64,000 bases of DNA, taken from the human T2T-CHM13v2.0 reference genome, Homo sapiens. A model generated the notes under the pieces. It saw nothing but the letters and a program-made list of their open reading frames with translations, was not told where the DNA came from and searched no databases. Each line of letters starts with the position of its first letter. Within the stretch, counting starts at the first letter, position 1. Positions 13,879-28,700 of the stretch are shown here, piece after piece. Made by a program: the position numbers and the translations under genes. The stretch lies in NCBI RefSeq assembly GCF_009914755.1, contig NC_060938.1, one strand, 5' to 3'.

Positions 13879-14176
13879 CCTCTTAAATTTAAAGTATACA
13901 AATAATGTTGACTATGGGTACAAAGTTATACAGTAGACTTCTAGCTTATTTACCTTGCTTAACTGGAATTTTATGCCTTTTACTATTAACTCCCCGTTTT
14001 CCCCTCCTCACAATCCCCAGCAACCACAATTCTACTATTTGACTCTATGAATTAGACTATTTTAGATACTTAATATAAGTGGAATCATGTAGCATGTGGC
14101 TTTCTGTGACTGGCTTATTTCACTTAGTGTAATGTCCTCAAGCTTCATCCATGTTGTCACATATTGCAGAATTTTC

Positions 14177-14535
14177 TTTTTTTTTTTTTAATATACTTTA
14201 GGTTTTAGGGTACATGTGCACAATGTGCAGGTTAGTTACATATGTATACATGTGCCGTGTTGGTGTGCTGTACCCATTAACTCGTCATTTAGCATTAGGT
14301 ATATCTCCTAATGCTATCCCTCCCCACTCCCCGCACCCCACAACAGGCCCCGGTGTGTGATGTTCCCCCTCCTGTGTCCATGTGTTCTCATTGTTCAATT
14401 CCCACCTATGAGTGAGAACATGCGGTGTTTGGTTTTTTTGTCCTTGCAATAGTTTGCTGAGAATGATGGTTTCCAGCTTCATCCATGTCCCTACAAAGGA
14501 CATGAACTCATCCTTTTTTATGGCTGCATAGTATT
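14177..14535 (-). mobile_element. L1PA4/5-like 3' end, about 360 bp
   Basis: Close match to young L1 3' UTR; ORF2 C-terminal remnant MSFVGTWMKLETIILSKL. Confidence 0.93.
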
Positions 14536-14787
14536 ATGGCTATTGTGAATACTGCTGCAATGAACATGGGAATGTTAATATAACTTCAAGATGCTAATTT
14601 CTGTTCTTTTGTATAAATATTCTGAGTGGGATTGCTGGATCATATAGTAGTTCTTTAATTTTTTGATGAATCTCCTTATTGTTTCCATAATGGCTGCACT
14701 ATCATACATTCCCACCAATAGTGTACAAGGGTTCCCTTTTCTCTACATCCTCACCAACAATTATTACCTTTTAAAAAATAATAACCG

Positions 14788-15167
<380 letters not shown>

Positions 15168-15749
15168 TCAGAATTTTTTTGTATATGTGTTGACCATTTG
15201 TATGTCTTCTTTGGGAAAATGTTTATTCATGTTTTCTGATCATTTTCTGTTTTTTTCTGACCATTTTTTGCTTTTTTCTATTTACTTGTAGGAGTTCCCT
15301 GAATATTGGATATTAATTCCTTATCAGATATATAGTTTGCAAATATTTTCTTCATTCCATAGGTTGCCTTTTCATTCTACTGTTTATTTATTTGGCTTTG
15401 CAGAAGCATGTTAGGTTGATGTAGTCACATTTATTTATTTTTGGTTTTGCTGTCTGTGCTTTTGATGGTATATCCATAAAATCATTGCTAAGGCCAATGT
15501 CAGAAAGCATTTCCTCTATGTTCTAGGGGTTTGATAGTTTCAAGTCTTGTGTTTAAGTCTGTTTTGAGTTGATTTTTGTGTCTGTGTAAGATAAGGGTAC
15601 AATTTCATTCTTTCGCATCCAGTTTCCTCAGTGCCTCTTATGGAAGAGACTCTCTTCTCCCCATGTGTATTTTTGACAATCTTGTCCAAAGATCCGTTGA
15701 ACATATATGTATTGATTTATTTCTGGGGTTCTCTATTCTGTTTCATTGA

Positions 15750-15832
15750 GATACAGATACCCACACATATGCACATACACATATACATAGGCATATACAT
15801 ACATATATACACATAAATACATGCATATCCAT
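15750..15832. repeat. (CATA/CA)-rich low-complexity microsatellite
   Basis: cacacatatgcacatacacatatacataggcatatacat... Confidence 0.75.
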
Positions 15833-17532
15833 GTCTGTCTTTATGCCAGTACCATACTGTTTTGATAACTATAGCTTTGTAATATATTTTGAAGTTGGAC
15901 AGTATAATGCTTCCAGCTTTGTTTTTTCTCAAGATTGCTTGGTCAATTAATAGTCTTTTGTAGTTTCATATGAATTTTGTACTTGTTTTTTCTATTTCTG
16001 TAAAATATACCATTAGAATTTTGATAGGGTTTCTTTGGATCTATACATGTTGCTTTAGGTACCGTGTACATTTTAACAATATTAAGTGTTTCAATCCATG
16101 AACACAGAATGTCTTAGTATTTGTGACTTGTTTAATTTCTTTCATCAGTGTTTTGCAGTTTTCAGTATACAAGTCTTTCACTTCTTTAATTAAGTTTATT
16201 TTATTCTTTTTGTTGCTATTGTAAATTGGATTGTTTTCCAATTTTTAAAAGATAGTTTGTTAGTGTATAGAAATGCAACTGATTTCTATATTGATTTTTG
16301 TATCCTTCAACTTTACTGAATTCTTTGATTAGTTCTAAGAGCTTTTTTTTCCCAAAAAAAATGGAGTCTTTAGGGTTTTCTACATAGAAGATCATGCTGT
16401 CTTTAGACAGGGACAATTTCATTTCCTTTCTAGTTTGTATGCCTTTTATTTCTTTTTCTTGTTCTTGCTAGGACTTCCAGTGCTATCTTGAATAGAAGTG
16501 GTAAGAGTGGACATCCTTGCCTTGTTCTTAATCTCGGAGGCAAAGCTTTTAGTTTTTCACCATTGAGTTTGTTGTTAGCTCTGAGATTTTCCTAGATAGC
16601 TTTTACTATGTTGAGATAATATTCTTGTTTTGTTGGAAGTTGCTATGGTGAAAAGGTATGAAATTTTGTCGATGCCTTTTTTGTATCTTTTGAGCTGCTC
16701 ATGTAATTCTTATCCTTCATTCTGTTTATGGGCATATCACATTAAGTTTCATATGTTGAACCATCCTTGCATTCCAGGGATGAATCTCACTATGCCATAA
16801 TGTATGGTCCTTTTAATGTTATTGAATTCAGTTTGTTAGTATTTTGTTTACAATTTTTGAATCTGCTTATCAAGGATATTGGCCTGTAGTTTTCTTTTCT
16901 TGTGGTGTTTTTGTCTGGTTTTGATATCAGAGTAATTCTGATCTCATAAAAATATTGGAAGTGGCTTCTCTTTAACTTTTTGGAAGAGTTTAAGAAGGAT
17001 TGGCATTAATTCTTCTTTAAAGGTTTGGTAGAATTTACCAGTGAAGCCATTAGGTCCTGGCTTTTCTTGGTTGGGAGGTATTTTATTATAATCAAATCTT
17101 TGTAATAGTTATGGGCCTGTTCCAACTTTCTATTTCTTCATGATTTAGTCTTGATAGGTTGTGTGTTTCTAGAAATTTATTTAAATTTATTAAAATTATT
17201 AAAATAACTTATTTCTTTAAAAGGTTATCCAATTTGTTGAAGTATAATTGTTCATGCAATCCATTTTAACCCTTTTCATTCCTATGGGATAATGTCTCAT
17301 TAATTTTTAAATTTTATTTATTTGAGTCCTCTTTTTCCTAGTCTAGCAAAGTTTTGTCCATTTTATTTACCTTAAAAAAAAACAATTTTTAGTTTCAATG
17401 ATTTTGTTTTTCCTTTTTGTGTTTTGTATATATTGTGTTAATATTTATTATTTCCTTTCTTCTGCTAACTGTGAGCATAGTTCTTTTTCTAGTTTCTTTT
17501 GTGTAAAGTTAGGTTGTTTAATTGAAAATTTT

Positions 17533-18665
17533 ATTTATTATTTCAATAGTTTTTTGGAAACAGGTGTTTTTTTTGTTACACGGGTAAGTTCTTCAATGGT
17601 GATTTCTGAGATTTTGGTGCACCCATCACCCAAGTAGTGTATACTGTACCCAGTGTGTAGTTTTTTATTCCTCACACCAGTTCCCTCTGAATCTCCAAAG
17701 TCCCTTACATCATTCTTGTGCCATTGCATCCTCATACCTTAGCTCCCACTTGTGACAATATACAATGTTTGGTTTTCTATTCTTGAGTTACTTCACTTAG
17801 AATGATGGTTTCCAACTCCATTCAGGTTGCAGTAAATGCCATTATTTCATTCCTTTTTGTGCCTGGATAGTATTCCATGGTATAGATATATACCACATTT
17901 TCCTTATCCTCTCATTTGTCGATGGGCATTTAAGCCAGTTCCATATTTTCCCAATTGTGAATTGTGCACTATAAACATGCAGGTGAAATGTCTTTTTTAT
18001 ATAATGATTTTTTTCCCTCTGGGTAGATACTCAGTAGTGGGATTGCTGGATCAAATGGTAGTTCTACTTTTAGTTCTTTAAGGAATCTCCATACTATTTT
18101 CCATAGTGGTTGTACTAGTTTACATTCCCATCAGCATGTAAAAGTGTTCCTTTTCTACCACAATGATGCCAACATCTATTATTTCTTGATTTTTTAATTA
18201 CAACCATTCTTGCAGGAGTAAGGCAGTAGTGCATTCCGGTTTTCTCTATTAGTGATGTCGAGTATTTTTTGGCCATTTTTATATCTTCTTTTGAGAATTG
18301 ACTATTCATGTTCTTAGCCCATTTTTTGATGAGACTACTTGTTTTTTTCTTGCTGACTTGTTTGCGTTCCTTATAGATTCTGGCTATCAGGCCTTTGTCA
18401 GATGCATAGTTGTAAATATTTTCTCCTACTCTATGGATTGGCTGTTTACTCTGCTGATTATTTCTTTTGCTGTGCAGAAGCTTTTTAGTTTAATTAGGTC
18501 CTATCTATTTATCTTTGTTTTTGTCACATTTGCTTTTGGGTTCTTGGTCATGAACTCTTTGCCTAACCCAATGTCTAGAAGAGCTTTCCTGATGTTATCT
18601 TCTAGAAATTTCATGGTTTCAGGTCTTAGATTTAAGTGTTTGATCCATCTCAAGTTGATTTTTGT
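17533..18665 (-). mobile_element. L1PB-type 3' end, about 1.1 kb, nested in older L1
   Basis: gtaagttcttcaatggtgatttctgagattttggtgcacccatcaccc is an L1PB 3' UTR signature; short TSD aaaatttt. Confidence 0.85.
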
Positions 18666-21600
18666 AAAATTTTCTTCATTTTTAATGTAGGCATTTATCT
18701 CAATAAACTTTCCTCTTAATAATGTTTTTGCTACATCCCATAAGTTTGATGTTTTGTTTTCATTTTCTTTCGGGTATTTTTTTCTAATTTCCATTTTGAT
18801 TTTTTCTTTAACTGAATAATTCTTCAAGGATGTGTTGTTTAATTTCCACATATTTGAGGATTTTTCAGTTTTCCTTTTGGGATAGGTACTTCTAGTTTTA
18901 TTCCATTGTGGCCGTAAAAATATAATTTAAACCTTCTTAAATTTGTTAAGATTTGTTTTGTGACATGTGATCTTTCATGGAGAAGGATTCACGTGCAGTT
19001 GAGATGAATATGTATTCTGCTGCTGTTGGGTGGAATACTCTGTATACATATGTTCAGTCCATTTGGTGTATAGTATTGTTTAAATCTTCTGTTCCCTTAC
19101 TGGTCTTCTCTCTGGATGGTCTATTGAAAGTAGATTATTGACATCTTCTATATTATTGCATCACTCTATATTTTTCCTTTCATATCTGTCAAGGTTTCCT
19201 TTATCTAGTAGATTCTCTGATGTTGGGTACATATATATTGTTCTATCTTCCTAGTGCATTTACTCTTTTCTCATTACAAAATATCCTTCTCTCTGTATCC
19301 TGCAACAGTCTTTTAGTTAAACTAAATTTTGTTTTATGTATATCTAGACACTCCTGCTCTCTTTTGGTTAGCATTTGCATAAAATAGGTTTTTTTCATTA
19401 TCTTTTCACTTTTAGCCTTTGTGCATCCTTAAATCTAAAATGGGTTTGTTTTACACAACATATAATTTAGTCTTGCTTTTTTTTAAAAAAATTAAATCAC
19501 CCTATGTCTTTTGATTGAGGAGTTTAATCCATTTACATTTAAAGTATTCACTGATAGGAAAGTATTTATTATTGCCATTTAGTTAGGTTTTTCCCTGTTA
19601 GTCTTGTAGTTGTTTTGGTATTATTCCCTTTTTCTGCTGTCTTTCATTGTTTGTTGATTTTTTTGTAATGATATGTTTTGATTCCTTTCTTTTCTCTTTT
19701 GTGTAAGCTCTAAGGTCTACAAGTACTTTATTTTTTGTGGTTATCTTGAAGTTTACATAAAATATCTTATAACAGTTTATTTTAAGCTGATAACAACTTC
19801 AGTTCAATTGCATCCAATCTCTGCAGTTCAACTTTTCCCCACAGGTTTTATTATAACAATCTGTATTTATTCATACTATGTTTCTTTTAATATATTTTAG
19901 TTATATTTCTAATACTTTTGTCTTTTAAATTTATATTAAAATTGAGAATGATTTACTTACCACTACTACCATAATATGGTACTTCTTTCTATATTTCTTT
20001 ATCTTAACCAATGAATTTCATGCTTTCTATACCGTCATTTTCTTTTCATGTTAACTTGAAGAACTTCCATTAGAATTGCTTGTAAGGCAGGTCTAGTGGT
20101 AATAAACTCCCTCAGCTTTTGTTTGCCTGGAAAAGCCTTCATCCCTTTTTTCTTCTGTCTGAGAGTTAGTCAGACATAGTATTTTTTGTTGACAGGGTAT
20201 TTCTTTATCTTTTTTTTTTCTTTTAGCATTTTAAAATTATGTCTTTGACTTTTGACCACTTGATTTAATGTGTTTTGCTGTGAACTTTTTTAGTTCCTCT
20301 TATTTGGTGTCCTTTGGGCTATTTGGATCTGAAGTCCATTTTCTTCCCTAATTTGTGTGTTTTTCAGCTATTATTTATTTAAATATTTTTTTGATCCTTT
20401 GTCTTCTCCTCTGGAATTCACCTAATGCATATATTGGTCCACTTGGTGTACAATAACTTTCTCAAGCTTTCTTTACTCTTTTGTATTCTTTTTCCTTTTT
20501 CTCCTCTAACTGAATTATTTCCAGTGACTTATCCTATAGGATTTATCTTCTTTCTTTCTTTGGAACATCTTTGACTGATTCTTTATTTTCCTTGACTCTC
20601 TGTGTTAGTGTCTGGGAATTAGACAAAACAGGCATCTCACTCAGTCTCACAGACTTGTACAGAGAAAATCCCCATCAATTAACTCAGCCAGAGATTTTAG
20701 GAGCCTCTATGTATTCTTTTTCTCCCCAGGGAAAAGCAGACAGTTGTGGATTTTTCCTGCTTGCTCTTTTCTCTGCCAAGAGCAAGGACAATCCATGGTT
20801 TCTATCAGCCCATGCTGCCATTTTTATTCTCCTCTGTGTGGCTAGAATGTGCCAGACCTGTAAGAGCTCAAAAACTGGCAAGAAAGATGCTAGTTCTTTG
20901 GGCAGCCCTGGAGAAGGTGGGCTATTGGTTACACAAATTAGCTCTTACTCTCTCTAGGGGAGAACTGAGAGCTGTGATTTTCATCTGTTTTCTTTGTGCT
21001 AAGCAGCAGGGAGGATCATTGGCATTTACCAGCTCAATCTGCTGCCTCTGTTCTCTCCCAGGTAGCTGGACAGTACTGGACCCATCACAATTTCAATACT
21101 GGGAAGAGAAAAGCCAGTCCTCTGGGGAAAGATGAAGCACTGGACCTACAAACTAACTACTTTCAACCCCTGGATGAATCTAGGAGGTAGGGTATCTCTT
21201 TTTGATTATATGGTACTGCACTGGGGAAGAGTCTCTGATAAGAGGACTGTTCTGAATCTCCTTTGGCCTGAGTGAGTGTTTTCACACTTGACCAAGTTGC
21301 AGGAGCCTTTTAATTCATTTCCTATTTCTCATAAAGGGAATTTGTCCATGTATTGTCGGTGAATTCAGCTTGGTTGTGGGGTGGAGGGTCCAAAGCTTCC
21401 TACTCCATCATCTTGCTCACGTGTATTTCCAAAAGATGATGTCTCAGTGTTCAAGTAAGTATTAAATCATAACTTCCATCATATCACTAAACTCAAACAG
21501 TATAATTGAGCTTTGTATACAAAATGTTATGGAGTTGAGCCTTTTGTAAAGTTTTAAAATTTAAGATAATAGTAATATATTTATACACAGATGAAAGAAA

Positions 21601-24490
21601 TCAAAGGAAGTAACACAAGTACTTATAATGAAAAACTACAGTCCTCTGCCCTCATGGAATGTGTCTTGCTCTCTAGGAGGACTGCTTTTTAATTATTATT
21701 TTTGGGTTTATATCCATGTCTGTGACTTTATTTTACTTTTTCTTTCACAGATCAAGAAAAGGTTCTCTTACATTTTCAGCTCTTCTTATGCCTTCCTTCC
21801 TATATGTGTTTATCACTATTTCTAGTTTCTTGGATATTTTGCATTGTAACTTAAGGTGATACACATATATTTATTTATTGCTTTATTTCTTCAATCTCTA
21901 CTTAGTCAGGGAATGTGTTTAATCACTGATTTTTTTCAACACTCCTCCTTCTTCCCATCTCTTGTCTTTTTGCTATCAACATACTATATTTGTTGACTTT
22001 TAAAATTAATCAAGTAATACATGACCTCTATTATTTATGTTTTCTTAGAAAATATAAAACTTTGTTTTGGGTATTTTAATTTTTTTCTATGGTTCTTTAA
22101 CTTCTTATGTTACTCTGTAACTTATTTTTTACACTGAATAGTATGTTTTAGGTACCTGTCTAACTTACTGAATATGGAACTATAAATTTTTTCCTGCTCT
22201 AGTAAATATAGCATGCTTATATGGTGTTGTTTCCGAGTTGACAAATATTTATATCACTTTCATTTTTATGTTATAAAAATGCTGCAATTAACACCAGCAT
22301 ACAGAGTCTTTTGCATTTGTGTACCTGTTTTTCACAGATATGAAAAATGGAATAGCTGAGGCATGGATCAAGCAAGGATAAGCACATATTAAGCTGTTAA
22401 CAGATATTGCCAAATTTTGTTTATATTTTGTTAAGAAATTTTTGTTTATGTTCATGAACATTTTGCCTATGTTTAAATAATTTTTTGACTGTTCTGAGCT
22501 TATTGCAGCAGAGGTAGTAATTTAACTTTTTCAAACTGGTTGCTAAGGAGGTTGTAAGTAGACTACTGTTGTCATATGTTGTCTCCCTATTGGCAGTTGG
22601 TGTATTCAGTCTCACAGCCCTCCCTCTGTGTCATTATCTCATTTCTAAGAGATTGACCAATACAGGGAACGCTGAAAATCAAGATCTTCACCACTTAAAA
22701 GTTGTTCAGTTTTCTCCCTAGTCATTTGAATTGTAGATCTTGATTTTTTGTTGTTATGTCACCACGGTGATCATTTAATTAGAGAACAGCTGCACAGAAG
22801 CATTTAAAACTCTGAATAGAATGCACCAAACCAGCATCATGATCACTATGAGGAAAATAAAAGCAGTAGTTTCTCTGGGATTTCAGAACCAGGAACTCTA
22901 ATTGCCTAACTCAGACTAAAAGAGCAAATCCTGTAGGCCATGAAGTTTAACCTTAGCCAAGTAGCTTTTCCCTACCTTGTCTGTTTCATTGATTCAGATA
23001 CAGCAAGGAGTATTTGCGATGGGACAGGCATCATCATTACTAGCCAACAAGAAAATCTTAAGCAATGTGACAGTACATCAGTACTTATGCCCAATAAATT
23101 GAGACTGATCTGTATTCCATTTAGGGAAGAAGTAGAATCATTAGTGACTTATGACAGAGTTAGTGATGGTTTCTTACAGTGTTTTTTTCTATTTTTATGA
23201 TTCCTATTTTGGGGAATACTGCTATGATCATTTGCATAAATGATGAATTAGTAATTCCCCCAGGTTGAGTGCCCAAATAATCAAGGATAATCCTGTTTTG
23301 AAACTTGTATCTGAATTAGAATTTCCAGCATTGGTGATTTACAGAATAAAGGCTTCTGCATACAGACAAAACTTGGAATAGTTTTCCTAAATTGCATGAA
23401 GTGTTAGTCTGGGGCAAACAGAACCACCCTGGAAAAAGGTAGTATCCAATGGCTCCATGAAGAACCAGGAAAATAACTAGTTTTTAATAACATGAGGTCA
23501 GAACTGAGGCCTTATGTTAGCTAGGTTATATATTTAAATCTTTATGAGTCTCTTCCTGGTGACAAGCAATTTGTCCACTGCTCTAGAAAGATTTTTGAGA
23601 ATTACCTATGATATGATCAATAGATTGTAATAATTGGTTCTTTTTCCGGGAAAGAGGAACACTAGCAAAATAATAGGTTGATTTTTAGAAAAGTCATTTG
23701 TCTATATAGGTGTAATTTATTCTGCTTTTTATAATAAGTACATAATGATAGCATTATTTGGCTGTAATTCCTTTCGGTTTCATTTGATGAAAACAGAATT
23801 ATCCAGAGGGTTTTATAATTGGGGTCTGGTGATGAAAGGTGTACCCAGCATTTGGTAAATTGGCAGTGGCTATTCTTTGGAGTAAGTTAAGAGTGACATT
23901 AGACGTTAGAATTAGTACGTTCTGACCTAGCTATTATAATACAGAAAGAGAAAGAGGATTATGGGTGTACAACAGCCAGATATTAATAAAATAATAAGAA
24001 TTATTATAACCAATCAGACAGAAAATCAGGAGTCTGAGTCTGATATCTTGGGCAGAAGTTGTCCACTAAACAAGGTCCTCTGCTTGTTTCAAAGATCATC
24101 TGTCTAATTCAAAATATCAGATGCTTCTAGAAGATCTTCGAGAAACCTGAATTTGAGGCTCTCTATTGGAATTATGTTCTAATTCTATAGAGTTCTGGAT
24201 TGTTGTGAAACATGACTTGAGTTTCACTATACTGTTGTTAACAATGCTAACAGTACTTCCAACAGGGTTTAAGAGGATTTTTTCTGTTTTTGTTTTTTTT
24301 AGGTTTTTTTTTTTTTTTAGTAGATGAAATCTCCAGTTGAAGAGCATATAGAGGCTGTTTAAGAGGCTGTGGGAGGGCAGCCTTAATCTGTTGGTGATAG
24401 GTATAGTACATGTGTCTCTCACAATTCTTTGCCATGTCTCTGTGCAGAAGGGAGGAGTCTAATAACAGGATGAATTCCCTAAACACATGG

Positions 24491-24999
24491 TGTATTGTGA
24501 GACCTAAAATTTCAAGTGTTGCCTTCATATTTTTGAGCCTCACAGGGCCCTAAAAGCCTAGGTCTGTATTCCCCTGCTCTTGTCAGGTATGCTCTCCATG
24601 TGGTGGGAAAGGACCCACACTTGGCTGATTTTCCTATTAGCTGATCAAACTGCAGCCCCCCTAATTCTCAACGTAATGAGTTTCACCTCCTTGCATGTCT
24701 GTGAAATTATTCAAGCCAGTTATAGCCTCCTGTAAGAACCAAGGGTCACCTAATGCTCTTGTTACTACAAAGCCTGCTTCCCACAGTCCCAGCTGTTTCA
24801 TTGTATTCCCAAGCACAGTTCAGCCACCATGTGGCCCTGGTGGCATCCTCATTCTCTCAGGCTATGAGTATATGTGACTAATAAAGTGCTACAATTCTCA
24901 TCCTTCCAGTGCTGGGTATTATGTGTTCAGCCGTCTCATACTATTTGGGGTGAGAACTCCCTCCTTCACCAATGGGATGAATAAGAGGTGATCAGAACA
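24491..24999 (+). mobile_element. Solo LTR, probably ERVL class, family not determined
   Basis: TG...CA termini; 5-bp TSD catgg/cacgg; internal AATAAA near 24880; 509 bp. Confidence 0.75.
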
Positions 25000-25719
25000 C
25001 ACGGGCCTTCCAATTACCAGTTAGTGGTTGGTAACTGTGTGTCCCTAAGGGCTATTAGGGATAGTGGGAGTAACATTAGTAAGGATGCTTAAGGGTTCCT
25101 GGGAGTTTGGCAGATTTTAAGGATGCCATTATTTTTTTCAAACTTTGCAGATGATTGTGGTTAATAAGGGTAGTGTAATTTTTGCATACAAAGCGAATCA
25201 TTACAGAGTCCTTTTATGATGATTCCTGCAAAGTATGAGCCTCAATCACTTGATATAAAAGTTGGTATGCCCCAGGTTGGAAGTGACTGTGAGGGCTACA
25301 GCTTTTGGGCAAGTAAGAAAGCTACAATAATACCCAGAACCTGTTCTTGAGGATGGAAGCTGGATAAGATCCACCTGAAAGCATTCAAAGGACCCTTACA
25401 ACTTTGATTTCTACTCCACCTCGGCACTTTCTCCAGTGTCATGTTGTTAACAGGTGATACATAACACAACAAATAATCTTGCCTGTCTTTTTAATGTTTC
25501 CCCAGAAGTGTTGATTTAGGACAATAACCAATTTATCTGCACCATGATGGGTAGTTTCATCAATAGATTTAGCTAACATTCATTTGAAATTATCTGATGC
25601 TACCAAATGGCCATCTTGAGATACCCAGATATTATCAAAGTGAGGGCACAGCCAAATTTTTTCCATTTTTTCCTTTTCAGAATCAGGGGCTAAGCATTTA
25701 TATGTTATAAACAACCTCT

Positions 25720-28700
25720 TTGTTGTTTATTTACATTTATTTTAGGTTCAGGGTTACATGTGCAGTTTTGTTAATATAGGTAAATTGCTTGTTATGGAGA
25801 TTTGGTGTACAGATTATTTTGTCACCCAGGTAATAAGAATAGTACCCAATAGGTAGTTTTTTGAACCTCACCCTCTTTTCTCCCTCTACCTTCAAGTAGG
25901 GCCTGGTGTCTCTTTTTCCCTTCTTTGTGTCTATATGTACTCAATATTTAGCTCCCACTCACGGGAATATGTGGTGTTCGATTTTCTGTTCCTGTGTTAC
26001 TTTGCTTAGAATAATGGCCTTCAGATGTATGTTGCTGCAAAGGACATGATCTCATTCTTTTTTGTGGCTGCATAGTATTCCACGCTGTATATGTACCATA
26101 TTTTCTATATCAAATCTACTGTTGAATGGGCGTTAAGGTGATTTCATGTATTTGCTATTGTGGATAGTGCTATGATGAACATGCACATGGCTGTGTTTTC
26201 ATGGTAGAGCAATTTATATTCCTTTGAGTATATGCCCAATAATGGGATTGCTGGGGTTGAATGGTAATTCTGCTTAGAGTTAATTGAGTAATTGCCAAAC
26301 TGCTTTGCACAATGGCTGAACTAATTTACACTCCCATCAGCAGTGTATAAGTGTTCCCTTTTCTCCGTAGCCTCACCAGCATATTTTTTTTTTACTTTTA
26401 AAAAATAGCCCTCTCACTGGTTTGAGATGGTATCTCATTGTGGTTTTGATTTGCATTTCTCTAATGAGGGGATGTTGAATATTTTTTCATGTGTTTGTTG
26501 GCCACATGTATGTCTTTTGTTTTTATTTTATTTTATTTTATTTTATTATTATTATACTTTAAGTTTTAGGGTACATGTGCACAATGTGTAGGTTAGTTAC
26601 ATATGTATACAAGCCACATGTATGTCTTTTGAAAAGTGTTCATGTACTTCGCCTACTTTTTAATGTGGATTTTTGCTTGTGAATTTAAGTTCTCTATAGG
26701 TTCTGAATATTAGACCTTTGTCAGATACATAATTTGCAAATACTTTCTCCCATTCTGCAGGTTGTCTGTTTACTTTGTTGATAACTTATTTTGCTGTGCA
26801 GAAACTCTTTAGTTTAATTAGGTCCAACTTGTCAATTTTTGCTTCTGTTACAGTTGCTTTTGGCATCTTTGTTATGAAATATTTGCCAGGTCTGATGTCC
26901 AGAATGGTATTTCCTAGGTTATCTTCCAGGGTTTTTATAGTTTTAGGTTTCATAGTCAAGTCTTTAATCTGTCTTGAGTTGATTTTTGTATGTGATATAA
27001 GAAAGGAATATAGTGTCAATCTTCTGCATATGCTAGGCAGTTATCCCAGCACCTTTATTGAGTAGGGAATCATTTCCTCATTGCTTGCTTTTGTCAACTG
27101 TATTGAAGATCAGATAGGCGTATGTGTTTGAAATTATTTCTGGGCTCTCTGTTCTGTTCCAGTGGTCTCTGTGTCTGTTTTTGAACCAGTTCCATGTTGT
27201 TTTGGTTTCTGTAGCCTTGGAGTATAGTTTGAAGTTGAATAATGTGATGTGTCCAGCTTTGTTCTTTTTGCTTAGGATTGCCTTGGCTATTTGGGCTTCT
27301 TTTTGGTTCCATATGAATTTTAAAATAGTTTCTTCTAATTCTGTGAAGAATGTCTTTGGTATTTTCAAAGGAATAACATTGAATATGTAAATTGGTTTGG
27401 CTAATATGGCCATTTTAATAGTATTCTTCCTGTCCCTGAGCATGGAATGTTTTTCCATTTGTGTCATCTCTGATTTCTTTGAGCAGTATTGTGTAATTTG
27501 CATTGTAGACGTCTTTTGCCTCTCTGGTTAGCTGTATTCCTAGGTATTTTATTCTTTTTGTGGCTATCGTGACTAGGATTGCACTCTTGATTTGGCTATC
27601 AGCTTGTGTGTTGGTGGTGTATAGGAATGCTACTGATTTTGTACATTGTTTTTTATCAGTAAACTTTTCTGGAGTTGTTTATCAGATCAAGGAGTTTTTA
27701 GGCAGAGATTATGGATATTTATAGATATAGAATAATCTGTAAACAGGGATGGTTTGACTTCCTCTCTTCCTATTTGGATGTCTTTTATTTCTTTCTCTTG
27801 CCTGTTTTTGCTGACCAGAACTTTTAGTACTGTGTTGAATAGGACTGATGAGAGAGGGTATCCTTGTCTTGTTCCAATTTTCAAGGGGATTGTTTGCAGC
27901 TTTTCCCATTCAGTATGGTGTTGGCTGTGGGTTTGTCATAGAAGATGACTCATTATTTTGAGGTATGTTCCTTCAATACCTTGTTTATTGAGCGTTTTTA
28001 ACATGAAGAGAGGTAGAATTTTATCAAAAGCCTTTTCTGCATCTATTGAGATAATCATGTGGCTTTTGCTTTTAATTCTGTTTATGTGATGAATCACATC
28101 TATTAATCTGCGTATGTTGAATCAACCTTCCAGCCTAGGGATAAAGCCTACTTGATCACGGTGGATTAGCTCTTTGATGTGCTGCTGGATTCAGTTTGCA
28201 AGTATTTTGTTGAGGATTTTTGCATCCATGTTTATCAAGGATATTGGCCAGAAGTTTTCTTTTTTTGTGTGTGCGACTCTGCCAGGTTTTGGTGGTATCA
28301 AGATGATGCTGACCTCATAGAATAACTTAGGGAGGAGTCCCTTCTCCTTAATTTTTTGAACTTGTTTCAGTAGAAATTGTACCAGCTCTTATTTATGTAT
28401 CTAGTACAAGTCAGTGCAAGTCAGCTGTGAATCCACCTGGTTATGGGTTTCTGGTTGGTAGGCTTTTTATTACTGATTCAATTTTGGGTCTTGTTATTGG
28501 TCTATTTTGGGATTTAATCTTGGGAGGTTGTAGATTTCCAGGAATTTATTAATTTTGTCTAGGTTTTCTAGCTCATGTGCATAGAGGTGTTTGTAGTAGT
28601 CTCTGAGGATTTTTTGTTTCTATGTGGAGTCAATGGTAACATCTCCTTTGTCATTTCTGACTGTGTTTTGGATCTTTTTTTTTCTTTATCAGTCTTGCTA

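Noticed and set aside
21560-22420. Possible L1ME fragments
   Set aside because: Too decayed to delimit by eye.
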